DNA from: Trichoplax sp. H2
Lineage: Eukaryota
Reading direction: 5' to 3'
NCBI GenBank assembly: GCA_003344405.1
Contig: NOWV01000012.1
Coordinates: 1-64,000 of the forward strand
DNA length: 64,000 nt
This document shows positions 13,305 through 26,408 of this stretch, in pieces. The notes beneath the pieces were generated by a model. It was not told where the DNA came from. It ran no database searches and saw only the letters and a list, made by a program, of their open reading frames with translations. Made by a program: the position numbers and the translations under genes. Position 1 is the stretch's first letter; the number at the start of each line of letters is the position of its first letter.

Positions 13305-16204
13305 GAAATCCTTTTGACGCTATAAATGTATAGACGTTAATAAATTTCATCTATTTAAATTTATCAAATCCTAATAATTCATGGGTATGATCATATTCGA
13401 TGCCTTGAACATTTTTACTGTATTACAAAAGTTTTTAAATTACTTCCTTATTTTAGGATTGCTTTTATTAGAGTAATGTGGAATCTATGTCTACGTACAG
13501 TACTGTACATAGATATAAATTTAGATCTTCAGAAGCAAAATGAAGTAAACATCTGACTTTTCTTATGAATTTTATATGATTATTATATAACCGGTCATCA
13601 TATTCAGGCGCTGATGGATTATTTATAAATATATAACATATATAACATATATATATATGTATTTAGTATTTTTACTTGTTAACTCGCTAGCTAAATGGTA
13701 CTACATTGTTTATTTTGTTTCATCTAAATGTAAAGTATTTTTAAATTTTACATAATAGTTTGCCTATAAAAGGTTAAACGTCAAAATAATTGGATAAGGT
13801 CAAGACCCGTGATTGTTTCGATACAAACATTGCTAATATGCTATATAGTACAAGAAGTTTCTTTTTTGTTCAGAGTAATCCTAATGATTTATTGTTGAAT
13901 CTAAAATTGCTTGCGATGGTTCTAGAATTATGACAAGTGAAAACGTGAATCCGCAGCTAATGGTCTTTTTTTGATTTCATCTCAAAATTTCAGGGACTTG
14001 AAATGTTTTGACGCCAGATCGACTGGAGCCCTAACCCTTGTTTCAAGTTATCCTGCTCTAATATTTTAATCAATTTAAAATTTACCTTGAAGCATCATTA
14101 TTCGTTTATTATTATAAAGCTTGCCTGTTTTTTTTCCTAATTAACGGAACTGCAACTTTATTGTCACAACTCGCAAGTGCATTTAATGCAATGAGCATAT
14201 TGATGGTAATATACAGTGTATACAATCGCTATATGTTTATAATATCCGTACAAAAACTAATAAAGTTGTTTGGATTTAACCCAATCAGCCAACCACAAGC
14301 GCAATATATCCAATTACGCATGTAAGTGATTCTTTATCTTTTTACTGCAGTAGCCCTTAGCAATGCATACTACGTTATATGAATACTGCGAATGACAAAT
14401 TAAATTCATTTTAACGGATAAAAGTATAGTAAATTAATGTCCCATATTGTAATATGCCACAAAATTTTCGAATTTTCCCTTGATTCACCTAGATAATAGT
14501 TCAATTTTTGATTTTTCTTATGCACTTCATCACTAGCGACTTGAAAAGGGTTCTTGATTATTGCTACAATGTTTTATTAATCGCTTTTCCGGCCTAACCT
14601 TACAGGCATAGTCATATTTAGAAAAATGATACTGCATTCTTTACTTATTTGATATTATCGTACTTTAAATATAGAGGCTTCACGTAGGAGGCCCTTGGGG
14701 GGAGGGGGATGATGAATAGTCCTGATCCAACGAAAAGTTTTCAATGATTACTAAAACGAATCATAATACCTCATACTGTCCCTAGTATCATAGTTAATTT
14801 CAATTAATGCTTATAGTCACCTATAAAAATTAAGCAACGTTATGACGATTTAATATCCAATCAGTTAATTGAAATTATTCCATGCCCGTATGCCTTTAAC
14901 ATCTAAAGACGTACAGTACAGTGTATAACTGTAGTGCGTTAAAATCAAAATTTTAATTATTTAATACCACAGTATTTATGATAGGCTTAAAAGAGCAGAT
15001 AACTATAAAAGTATGTAGATTAATGGTACAGACACGTTATTCACCTACTCTATTTGTTTGCATTTTGCAGTTTATAAGCGATAGAATACATGAACCTCAG
15101 TTTATTACCCTTTATTACCGACGGGTGAATTACAGCTTCGACTAGGTAGAAAATGATTGGATTGGATGAATAATATGTCTGTAACATACGAGTATACACG
15201 GATAAAATGTTTTATGCAACATAAGGAGATTAAAGTTAACCGTCCGAAATATTGCGTGTAATTCCAATAGAATCAGCAACTACACTACATGCCTAAACAC
15301 AAGATGTTGAAAACTTGCATTCACTTTTGACAGCTTGAAAAAGTTCAAAACGTTGGTTCTCCTATGTATACAGCATGCAAATATATAAGCCTGGAAACTT
15401 GCTATAACGGCTACACAGCTATTTTAAAAAATTAGGCCGAATAGCCATTGATAAGCGCTAACCTAAAAAGTGGTAAAGTAATAGCGCAATCAATAGTATA
15501 ATAAATTGTAATGTAATGAGAAGAAGTTATAAAGTATTGCTATTTATTTGATATGGACTATAACAAAACTATCATCATCCTGGAAATGACTAATTCTAAA
15601 ATTAAACTTTATTAATGGTATTTACTTTCACTGGGGTATAGGAGTTGCGCCTCTAATAATGTACGCCATTTATTTTTATATCGAATCTATAAACACGTGT
15701 AAACAAACTCGGACTATCATGCAAGGAACATAATTTTGATCAACCATGTGATATTTATTACATTTCCTTCTGAATCAGGTAAAAAGGTAGTCGTGTGCAA
15801 TAATTATATGACAATATTTTGAAAGAAATTAGAACCTTGTCTGAGGTTATTCCGTTAACCTAAATCAAACTTCAACATTAGAAACGGTAGTAATTTATAA
15901 TGTGCTAAAGTAGCAGTAAATTTAAGTCTAATTATATAGCTAGCATCATTAACTTATATACCAATTTTTAGTAACCTCATTGATTTGAAATGTATGATAT
16001 TACATATGCTATATCAGCATTAACTAGCACTAAGTTGTTTAAATCAACTAGTGTATAAAGAAATTATCAACGGTAATAAATAGTACGATAGAAGGGACAA
16101 CTTTCCAATTTTCAATATTTATTTATTTACTACAGTGCCGGTATGCATTGAACGGGTTCCGCTATGACATGTCAATTAAACTATTTAATGCTGTATAATA
16201 CCGT

Positions 16205-16897
16205 CTACTTGCGTTGAAATATATATTCAATAAAGTGATTCCATTTGGTTTCATCTGATTCACCATCATGACCAGCTCCACCAGCATGACTTGCAATTAA
16301 ATCGAAGCCCTTCTCAGCTAGCAAATCAAATGCTTTCTCTAAATGGCCATGCTTTAAGTAGAAACGACTAGAATAGCTATTATCACTTCGATCAGGATCT
16401 CGCGTTTCATTTAATGTATCTTCAAACACTTCACGGGTTAAAGTAACATTACCACAAACCAAAATTCGATGAATTTTACGAAATTTAACATCTGCCAATC
16501 CATCACGTCCAAAGGCGTAAGTCCCACGATAACTTAATGATAGAATGCCTTTTTGTCGCCCTATATTGGTTTTTTCGCGTAATGCTTCAATTAAGCCTTC
16601 AATTTTGTAATATTCAGCTTCACACAATAATCTTTCACGCTCAATAAATTCTTCCGGCAGACATAATTTCGAATTGCGTAAATAGTCTAATACGTAACGA
16701 AATAGTGCACCATCACGATCTATAAAATAACGGCCTCGCGCATCGCGCGCAATACGTTGTCTACCACTGAACATTGCACCTAACAATGATTTTGGATCTT
16801 TAACTAAGATTGATAGCGATGTTGTATATAGTTGGCCACCCACGTTTAGATCAATAATGGATGGAAATTGCTCAGAGCTAACTTGATTGACTTGCAT
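16205..16897 (-). CDS. KCTD8/12/16-like protein (T1/BTB domain + H1 domain, no H2), 230 aa, single coding exon
   Basis: FPSIIDLNVGGQLYTT, GRYFIDRDGALFRYVLDYLR (BTB). KFRKIHRILVCG..REVFEDTLNETRDPDR..YSSRFYLK..EYIFQR (H1). A splice acceptor and an in-frame TAA sit just upstream of the ATG, implying non-coding 5' exons. Confidence 0.92.
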   Translation of the reverse strand: MQVNQVSSEQFPSIIDLNVGGQLYTTSLSILVKDPKSLLGAMFSGRQRIARDARGRYFIDRDGALFRYVLDYLRNSKLCLPEEFIERERLLCEAEYYKIEGLIEALREKTNIGRQKGILSLSYRGTYAFGRDGLADVKFRKIHRILVCGNVTLTREVFEDTLNETRDPDRSDNSYSSRFYLKHGHLEKAFDLLAEKGFDLIASHAGGAGHDGESDETKWNHFIEYIFQRK

Positions 16898-19800
16898 CTT
16901 TTACTGCAGAAATTATGTTGAATAATAAAATATTTTTAGTTTAAAGTATATTAAGAAAGTAAGATCTATAAAGCAAACATTGTTATTGATTTCTTGAATA
17001 AGAAGAGTCTCATGGGTAAGAATAAATAAGATCGTTCCGTAGAATGTATTATTGATATGTATGATTAGGGTGTATCCATTGAGTATATTGCAAGTATTTA
17101 ACAACTTTAGTCGTAGACATTTATTCAACGAAATGAAAATCGGTATTAGTATTATATACATCGTGCGAGAGTGATGGAAAATGTGCAGTATGATATTCCA
17201 TAGGAGAAGAATGAAACTTGTAAATCATTAGCGTAGAAAGAAAATATTTTTTATATAGATATGGATCCTGCTTAAAATTTTAGACTGAATTCTAGTGGCA
17301 GACATTTAAATGCTAGAAGCTCCTTTACCATCGATTATATTTCGTTTAATTAATCGTTAGCGTTAATATAGCAAAAGCAAATGATTATATTATAGTTGAA
17401 ATACTGTAAAAACACAAGCGAAAGTCTTCTTACTTTTGAGATATCTATAGCCCAGCTCTCCATGATTATGATTATGGGTACTTATCTATACAATCTTATG
17501 CAGTAAACATTATTGATTACACGCAATTATACCACTCAAGATGTGAGTGAAAGAATATAGCTGCAACATAAAACCAATAAATTTGCCTCATTACCTTTGG
17601 TGGTAGAACTAGATTTTTTAAGCTGCACTTATAAAAGTATTATACAATAATTCTAAAAATGATTTTGTGTAAAGCTATGATGACCAAGAAGTCTAACCAT
17701 TAACTTGACAATTGAATGCAAGTCTTTTCAGAAATAATTAACTTCTGATACAGTATTCACTTAGCAGCATACGGACAAAACTTAAACTTCAAGTTTAGAT
17801 CTTGCTTTGAAACAGTATTTAAGAATAATGGCATCACATCTTAATAAACAGGGCATTTTAAATAGTATGATATCGAAGATTGACAGATAGCACTATGCTT
17901 TAATGAACAATATTGAAATGTATATCCTACTCCTATAACCTGATTTTAAAAATAAATTATTAAGCGAAAATTTATTCTCGATTTATTAGACTCAGTAATT
18001 GAACAACTTAAGTACTGGAAAGTACTACAATATGATAAAACTTAAAACATGATCTATTTAATGTCTCTTGTTATTAAAAAATTTTTATTAATCCCATTTA
18101 TATAATCTACGTATAAGGAAGAATGATGATGAATTTATTACATGAAAACGGTCATGATCAAGTAATATCCTTTTATTTCATACCCTGGGAAGTTGTTGCT
18201 GTAACCTTTCATTTTAGATTACTTTCTTATGTAAAAATAAATTTACTATTATCGGCTATATACGCGCAAATCTGTAACTATGACAATATATTGAATAAGT
18301 AAGATAACCACTACACAATAGCATTACTGTAGTTCAATATTGTCATATCATAGGAACTATAATAAACTATACTGAATATCGGAAAATATACATTTAGTTG
18401 AATTGGTTCGTACGTTTTACAAATATAATCGTATTAAATATGTTAAGATATTACTAATAGTTCACTGACTGATAAAATTCATGTTCTTGATGGATATAGT
18501 AAGATATATGGTCTAATTCAATGGTGTATTTATCAAACTCGTGATTATAAATAGGAGAATCTAGAATCTTTAGGCAGCTTTATTATTTACCATTCACTTA
18601 TGGTACAGTATTAATATAGTGATTGTTCTCCACACTTCTACCCGGAATCATACTATTGTAAGAAATGTTCGTGTATATGCACTACGTTTAAAATTAACTT
18701 AGAGAACGCTTCTGTTGAATATTTAGACTATGAACCTCCAACAAAACATACAGAGTAAACTGATAAAAACAACGGAAAAAGAAAAAATTAGGAATATCTA
18801 CTACTCACTTTGTTGTTCATGTGATCGTGTCAACTCTACGTGTTGTCATGGAAATAGAAGGATGAAAACAAGAGTGAGAAATATAGAGAATGTATGTGTA
18901 GGAGAGAGACATTGCTCGAAGGAGCCAAGACTAAAATACGGATTAATAAACTAAAGCAATCCTGCATCGATATGATCGGAAAATTGGACATTTAAATTTA
19001 ATTTAAATGATAATAACTGTGTTATGATAGAATATCGATTCTTCATTTGCCAGTATAGTTTATGAGTATTAAGCTAAACTATAAGTTTAAATGTCAATCT
19101 AAGAAGGAACAGCTTTCTGCCAATAACTATCTGTATTAGGAGTAGTTGACGGTCGTCTTAACGTTAGCAAGAGTTATGAGTTATCATTCAGCCTTATTTG
19201 GCTAGCACTCATTAAGTTAGCAACAAAGATGGTGCGCCCCTTCATGATAGTATGTATAACGGGGTACATCGTTTAAGAAGGCGTAAATACTATTTATATC
19301 ATTTCCATGTAAAAAATTTCATGTTTTAATGCGACAACAATTATATCATGCATGAGTCAAGAAATTTACGAACATTACCATAAAAAAAGATCCACATTGA
19401 TTAACTTGCTCTAAATTAATTCATATCATAGCTTACCTGATATGTAAATATATATATATTTGCCAAATTAGCGTTTTGGAAGAGATAATTTATCTAGTTA
19501 CCAACTGCAATAATTAAGATAGCCGCGCTGGTATATATGATTTATTTTCAACCTTGGCTTTAAAATTATTAAGCTTTAGAATGGGTAAGTGATATCAAGA
19601 GTTAGAAATTAAAACAATCTTGAGCCGCCTATATCCACACACATACATATATACGCATATGCATATATATACTATACGTAGACTATTTAATTGTACTCCC
19701 AACCTTTAAAGTATCCTTTGTACCATAAAATAATAATTACGTGTGTGTAGGACCTTCTACTAGTAATAAACTAGAGATAATGATGAACTTTTGTCTCAAA

Positions 19801-22800
19801 ATTATTGTTTAGTTGATTGCTTTTATTTAAATAGGATATTGGCACTCAGATTGAGATAATGAGAACAGTTTTCCTTTCGCTATTATTGATTGGCCACCCC
19901 CACCGTAGTTCTCAATTGATTTTGTCGCATTTTTGACTTTCTTCTATTCTCAAACTTCAATTATTGTTTTTCTCTTTCCATCTGTGTCTATGCCATTGTC
20001 TTTAACAAAATCTATTTTTCAGTATACATTTCCTCTAATATACGTTTTTTCTGACCAGACAAAAAGAATATGACTAGGTTCGTTGATTTAGAACAAAACG
20101 TGAACTGAATACTTATATTTAGCAAACATGTTTATCGGATTTTCGCATAATTTATTTTATTACAAGCGATTTCATCTGGCTATATTATTACAAAACCAAA
20201 TAAAACTTTTTTTACGATTTTTTAGAGAATATTTTAATAATTAGTATGGTATAAGATATAAAGCAAATAAGAATAGAATAATCGTCTATTATCACGTTAG
20301 TTTATTATGAGTATGATACCTATTGGAGTCATATATTACAATATCCAAAGCTAGAATGTTATTTTTATACTATTCAATACATTTTAAAAATTTTATTAGC
20401 CATCGAACAAGTAACTATCAGTCAGTCTAAAAATATATATCGAACATTTGAAAAGATACATGTTCTATGCCGCAAATGTAATAAGAAAAAGGTATTCAAT
20501 AAATGGTTCATCGGTAAAATATTGAAACCTTAGAAATGCCAATTGTAGGGAATTGAGGCTCCTTTGACATTTCAATTTTGCCAATTACAGTAGATTTAAT
20601 TATGCATTATGGCTATCTAGACAAAATTTAAATATTTGTACTGTAGTAAAGAATCATTCAACTATACAATTGTGCACGTACGTCGCTAAGCCAAAGAAAC
20701 TGCTAGTGTTAACAGATCATTGCAATACGAGAACGGTATGAAATGTTACTCATGTCTATGATCTACTTGCAAGTTTTACATTTTTATCTGCTCATTGGAA
20801 ACTATAATATTAAAATTTAATAACATGATATTTATTAAAGAATTTTTATCATAGATTGTTAATATACAAAAACACTATTTACTGCAGAACTATCTTTATG
20901 GTAGCAGATGTAATAAAGCTAAAACAAACAGTATAGGCCATTCGAAGAGAATAAATGATCATGGCTAACGTCCAATTATGAACAACACTTATTGACTTCA
21001 TATTTAATCTTAACAAAAATTGGCCGTTCTATCCCATAGTATGGCATTATAACCTTATTGAACATTCCACTTTACCGTACTTTGATTCGTGTCGTAACCA
21101 CTGCGTTAAGCTAGGCAAAGGGTATGACCGCAAAATTTATAGATTAACTAATCTTTTATTTGATATTTTAGTGGTATTAATGTAAAATTTTATAGCTTTG
21201 TTCTCTTTCCTTTTAATTACGATCGCTACATGAATTTATCTCGCTAATGATAGTATCTAGTATTTAACGTTCACATATCGACTAAAGTTAAGGAATCCTG
21301 ATTTAAAGCCCAAATCTGATAATTACAATTTATATTATCAAAAAGCGATCAGAGTATACTTGCGCAAATATCTATGTTATCTGTCCTAACATAGCTTTTT
21401 TAGTCAGCTCTTACATGTACTTTAACTTGTTGGTGTCTTACACTTACTACTATTTCTCATTTTTCAACCATAGAAATTATTTGATGAGCCTGAAGGAAAT
21501 TACTCCATTCTAATTATAACAGTTATTTAATAAAAGGTTTACATGCTGTTTATGTCTCAAACTGTACAATGTTATCGGGATATATTTCACAACAATAATA
21601 CTAATCCTCTTAGATAAGCAAAAAGTAATTAAAATTAGAGTTTAGGCTTCCACTTTTTTTGTAGTATTATCACTACTATGGCTTAGCTAATATGCTTGTA
21701 TAAGAGGACAGATTCGACAGAATCCAATTTACCTATGGCGTGGACTCGATCATTAATTTTAAAAGCTGTATAAAAGTAGATCAAGTTCTATTTCGAAAAG
21801 TGAGATGATCGAACAGTATTAATGCTTATATTCCTAATTTATTACACTTAATTGGAATTACTTCTATATGGAAATTAGGCTATACTACAGGTAAAGTAGT
21901 AGGCCTAATTTAAAATGAAATATGATATCAATTTTCAAAAAGTATACACGTAATGTATATTTAGAAACCAAATTTTTAACCTTAATACTAACATTTACTA
22001 TCCAGATATTGACGATATTAGCCATATAAATTTACATTCTGCTACTATAGAAAGTCATTTACAGCTAAATATAAATAGTGGTCGCTATGAGTTAAACAGA
22101 ATTTTAATTCTCACCAATGCATAATTTACAATTTCCATTAACACATCATCGAAGAGTTATTTAAGCGAAAGAAAGATATTCCATTAAAATTAATCAGGAT
22201 AACAATTAAAGTACTATTTATATAACACTACATCGTAACAGAACAGCAAATAATAAATAAGAGTAGCGTCTAGTAAATGTCATATCGCTGATCTATTTAA
22301 TATAGCCAGGGAGAAACCAAACTAACGAAATATATTTACTTTTTACTTAAAATTACAATAGGTAAAAATATCATGCAGCACGGTCTTCAATACGTGTGTT
22401 TCTAGCTATTTCATTATGTAGTAGGTTATCGTGTAAGAATGCCTTAAGAATTAGACATTGATCTGTAGTGAAAGGTACGCTTAATCATTAAATTGATACA
22501 GCCTTTCAGAATTTAAGAATATTTACGGTTGTTTCAAGGTGTATCGGTTGGGTAAATTTCGCATTATAATGCTAATTTATGGAGAATGAACGATGAATGC
22601 AATGAATATAATATTTTGGAGCATAGTATCTGACTTGTAAAATGATTTAAGCTCTTCATGCAGAAGTATAGATATTGAGATACTTCATAATAGAATTACA
22701 TATGAGAAAATTAACGAAGAGATTTCTTAAAGCAACTTCATAATCAAAAGCAGCCAATATATGACGTTTATAAGTGATCACATTCGCGAAACAAATCGAT

Positions 22801-25800
22801 AAGCTCAATATGTTCAATTATAAAATTGATATAATCGCCGAAATATATTACTATGCTTTTCTATATTTAAGTTTTATATTGAATGCTCCAAATGCCGATT
22901 TATTTTTAAGCGTCTATATGCTGTTCTTTTAAAATTATAGCCATATCTTGAATGTATTCTTAAAATATCATATCTCAGCTGCAATATTATTAGAAGAATA
23001 TCATTATCTATTAAGTACTATGCTGTAATGTATTGCTTATAATAAATGTAGACATTATATTCACTCAATAGTGTCACATTATTCAGGAAATATTCTCTAG
23101 TGAGAATGTTTCCTGAGAATGCTATAAGTTTACATGGAAAACTTAGTAGGTAAATGAATTAAAATATTTTACACTATATCATAATTCTACTTCAATACCG
23201 GCGGATTTTATAAATTGTTTGTAAGAAAGGTTTTCAAAAACTGTTTACTTTGAATCTCAGAGTAGTTGAATATTATAATGCTGTTGCGTTTACACTACTA
23301 CGTGATATGATCTCACAAAATTGAGATCATACTTGCCTTCGTGTTTATACGTCGTCCGTAACAATGCCATGCTCAGTAGTTCATGGTTTATTGCAGCTAT
23401 AGAGCTAAAATAAATCCTGAAATGCTGATAATATGTTACATTTTATATAACAAATATGCTACGATTATATTATGAATGGGCTTCTACTCTATGTCAGAAA
23501 TAATTACGGATATTTAAAATCAATAAAGTTTAAAATTTAGGCGTAAAGAGATCAACGTTCTAAACTGCATCTCAATTAGTAGATTGAGTTTATATTTATA
23601 AGATACGATTTAATCGGCATTCAAAGATGATATATTGCTCCAGTGTTAATATAATTTTAACATTAACTTTATGTACCTTAAAAATAAAATAAAATAAAAG
23701 AATCAGGTTATGACCTTATAGGAACGCGTCACACATTTGTTGTTGAGCAAAATAATATCGAAAGAGATTAAGGGAATCAATACATTTTGTTCCCATATTA
23801 GTCAGGTTTTAAGTACCATGGTAACAGTATTGGCTAACTGTTACAACTTCCAAATTTTGTAACAAGTACTAGATCTGCCTCAGCAAGGAGACCCAGTAAT
23901 TAAGTTGAAGAACTAACTTCATTGTTAAATTAAAGAGTTTATATACTTTCTTTATTGTGACCTTTGATCTACTGACGTAGATCACAAGATCATCACTAAC
24001 AGAAAGGTTTCCCTAGTTTAGACATTACAAATAGAATATCATACCAAGTATGGCAACATGAGAATACATATATAGATAACCTTAATATAGTACCGTAACT
24101 ACATCTATATACGCATGACGTGATAACATCGTGATATTTAACCATATATAGAAAGAAGGTAACATACTAGTTATGTAACTATTACAGAACGTGACACTAA
24201 CTGAAGTATGAAGCAAATTAAGTTCATAAATTTGTATATCATATCTTTATAGTATTTGCGATTATTTACCTCATACAGTATATAGAAGTATCAACTGACA
24301 TTAATAAAAACTAGTAGGCAAAAATTCTTCCAGATGTACGTGTAATCAGAAAATCTTCATAAGTAAGGAACAGTTTACGCTAGTTAACTATTCAAACATG
24401 TATCTCTCATTATTGCTCAGAAAGGGTAGTTATAGTCTATTTTTTTATATAATATACGTGTGTGTCGATCGATATTGAGGAATTACTTAATCTAATAGTC
24501 TGATTTATGTCTCAAGACAAATTAATAACTTATGATACCTGTAACTATAAGTACCATATAGCATTGCTGTGTGTAGTTCACATAATATAACAGATTATCA
24601 TCAGTTAGGGTTATCTTTCAAAATCTATGATATAATCCCGATAAAGTAATGCGCTATAGCTACTAATAATGTATATTAACAATCTATTTTCATTAGTTAA
24701 ATTATCTTTCACGTTAGTAATGATTGAATGTAATAATTTGCAAGGTCATTTACATATTAAGAATCGATAATTCTTATAACGATTACAATATCATTGAAAT
24801 CTAGCGAAAAATACGATCGATCCCTTATTTAATTGTAATAAAATAAATTTCAATCGCTTTTATGCTCTGACCTCGGTGGTTTTCTTTTTATGTTTTAATT
24901 TACGTCAGCAAGATGGTATGTGTTTATCTAATTTTCCTTTTTAACCTGTTGAAAAATAAAAAATAAATTAATAATACCTCAACACGTTAATGGAGGACTT
25001 CTTATTCCGTAAATTATATTATATTTACCTAAAGGTCAATTTATACATTACAATAAACAAGAAGAATACTAAATTTCTTTAGCTTACATCAACAGTATAA
25101 TCTTTATACGATCTTAGTAATAAACTAACAGAGCAGTTAATGCTGATCTAATATCGATTTGTAAGTATGATATTGATTGAAATACGATCTGTCATTTTTT
25201 TATTGCTATTGAATTTTGTATACTATATGGTATAGTAATCATCATTTGGAGTCTCTAATATATCAAATGAATATAAGATAATTATGGCCTCATTAATCTG
25301 AAGGAAAATTACCCTCAAGCTTTCTAGCAAAATAGGTGTCAAGTGATGCCTAGAACTGTCAAATTAATCATTAACACCTTGATATTATATCTACCTCAAG
25401 TGAAATTGACGTCATTACAAGTCAATGATGTAAGTTTCTTATTATTCTCGTTTTCTACTAAGAAATATTATTATTTAAAGTTATGAAACTCCTTATTAAT
25501 TGAATCCACAACAATCTAAATGAACTTAGACTACATTTGACCTTGTATGATCTTTTGAAGTTGACTAACAATTTTAACTCAGCCTAAACCTATCACAACA
25601 AAATAAAAAACAATAACAACTGCAATGAATTAATCTAAAATTAAGCATAGATACATTATAAAGCAATAGCTTGAAACTTCATATGATTATTACTTTAGTA
25701 TGGTATAGATTAAAAGAAAATATGTTATCATCTTCATGCTATACGCGTATAGTGTAGTATTTTTTAAGGTATATTTATCGTTGATTTTGTTTAGCGGAAA

Positions 25801-26408
25801 TAGTATAGTTAAATTAACAGATTTTCATCTTATTGTATGCTGAACAATTATCATAATAGCCTACAGAAGATGAAATGTAGCGAAATATTATTGATATTGA
25901 AATCAATAAAATGCTATACACAGAAAATAACGTCATTCCGTACAACTCTTCCCTTAGTAGCATTTTTTCTAACCAAAATATAACACGATGAGATTGCTAC
26001 CTTCTAAAGCCTTTGATCATATAGTTTGAATTGAATATAATTAACTTGAATACAACAAATATTTGCACATTATTTAATAAATGGCACGAATCTCTGATAT
26101 AAATACGTAACGATAATCTAAATTAGATCATAAATTCAAAACGTTTTTGTCCGAACCGAATTGAACTATTGGTATAACTTGTCGTACGTGGTACATTGTG
26201 TATGCAAAAAGTGCAATAAAAGTCTAAGCGATCACTTTTCTACCTGATATTTCAGAACATAAATAGTAAGCGATAACATACGTAACAGTATAATATACTG
26301 TATAACTTCGTAGATACTAAAGTATTGCAAATTTCAATTTTAGTTTAAGATTACATAGGAGCTTAATTAAATTTTTACTAATTATATCGTAATGATTTTC
26401 GACAGCGA

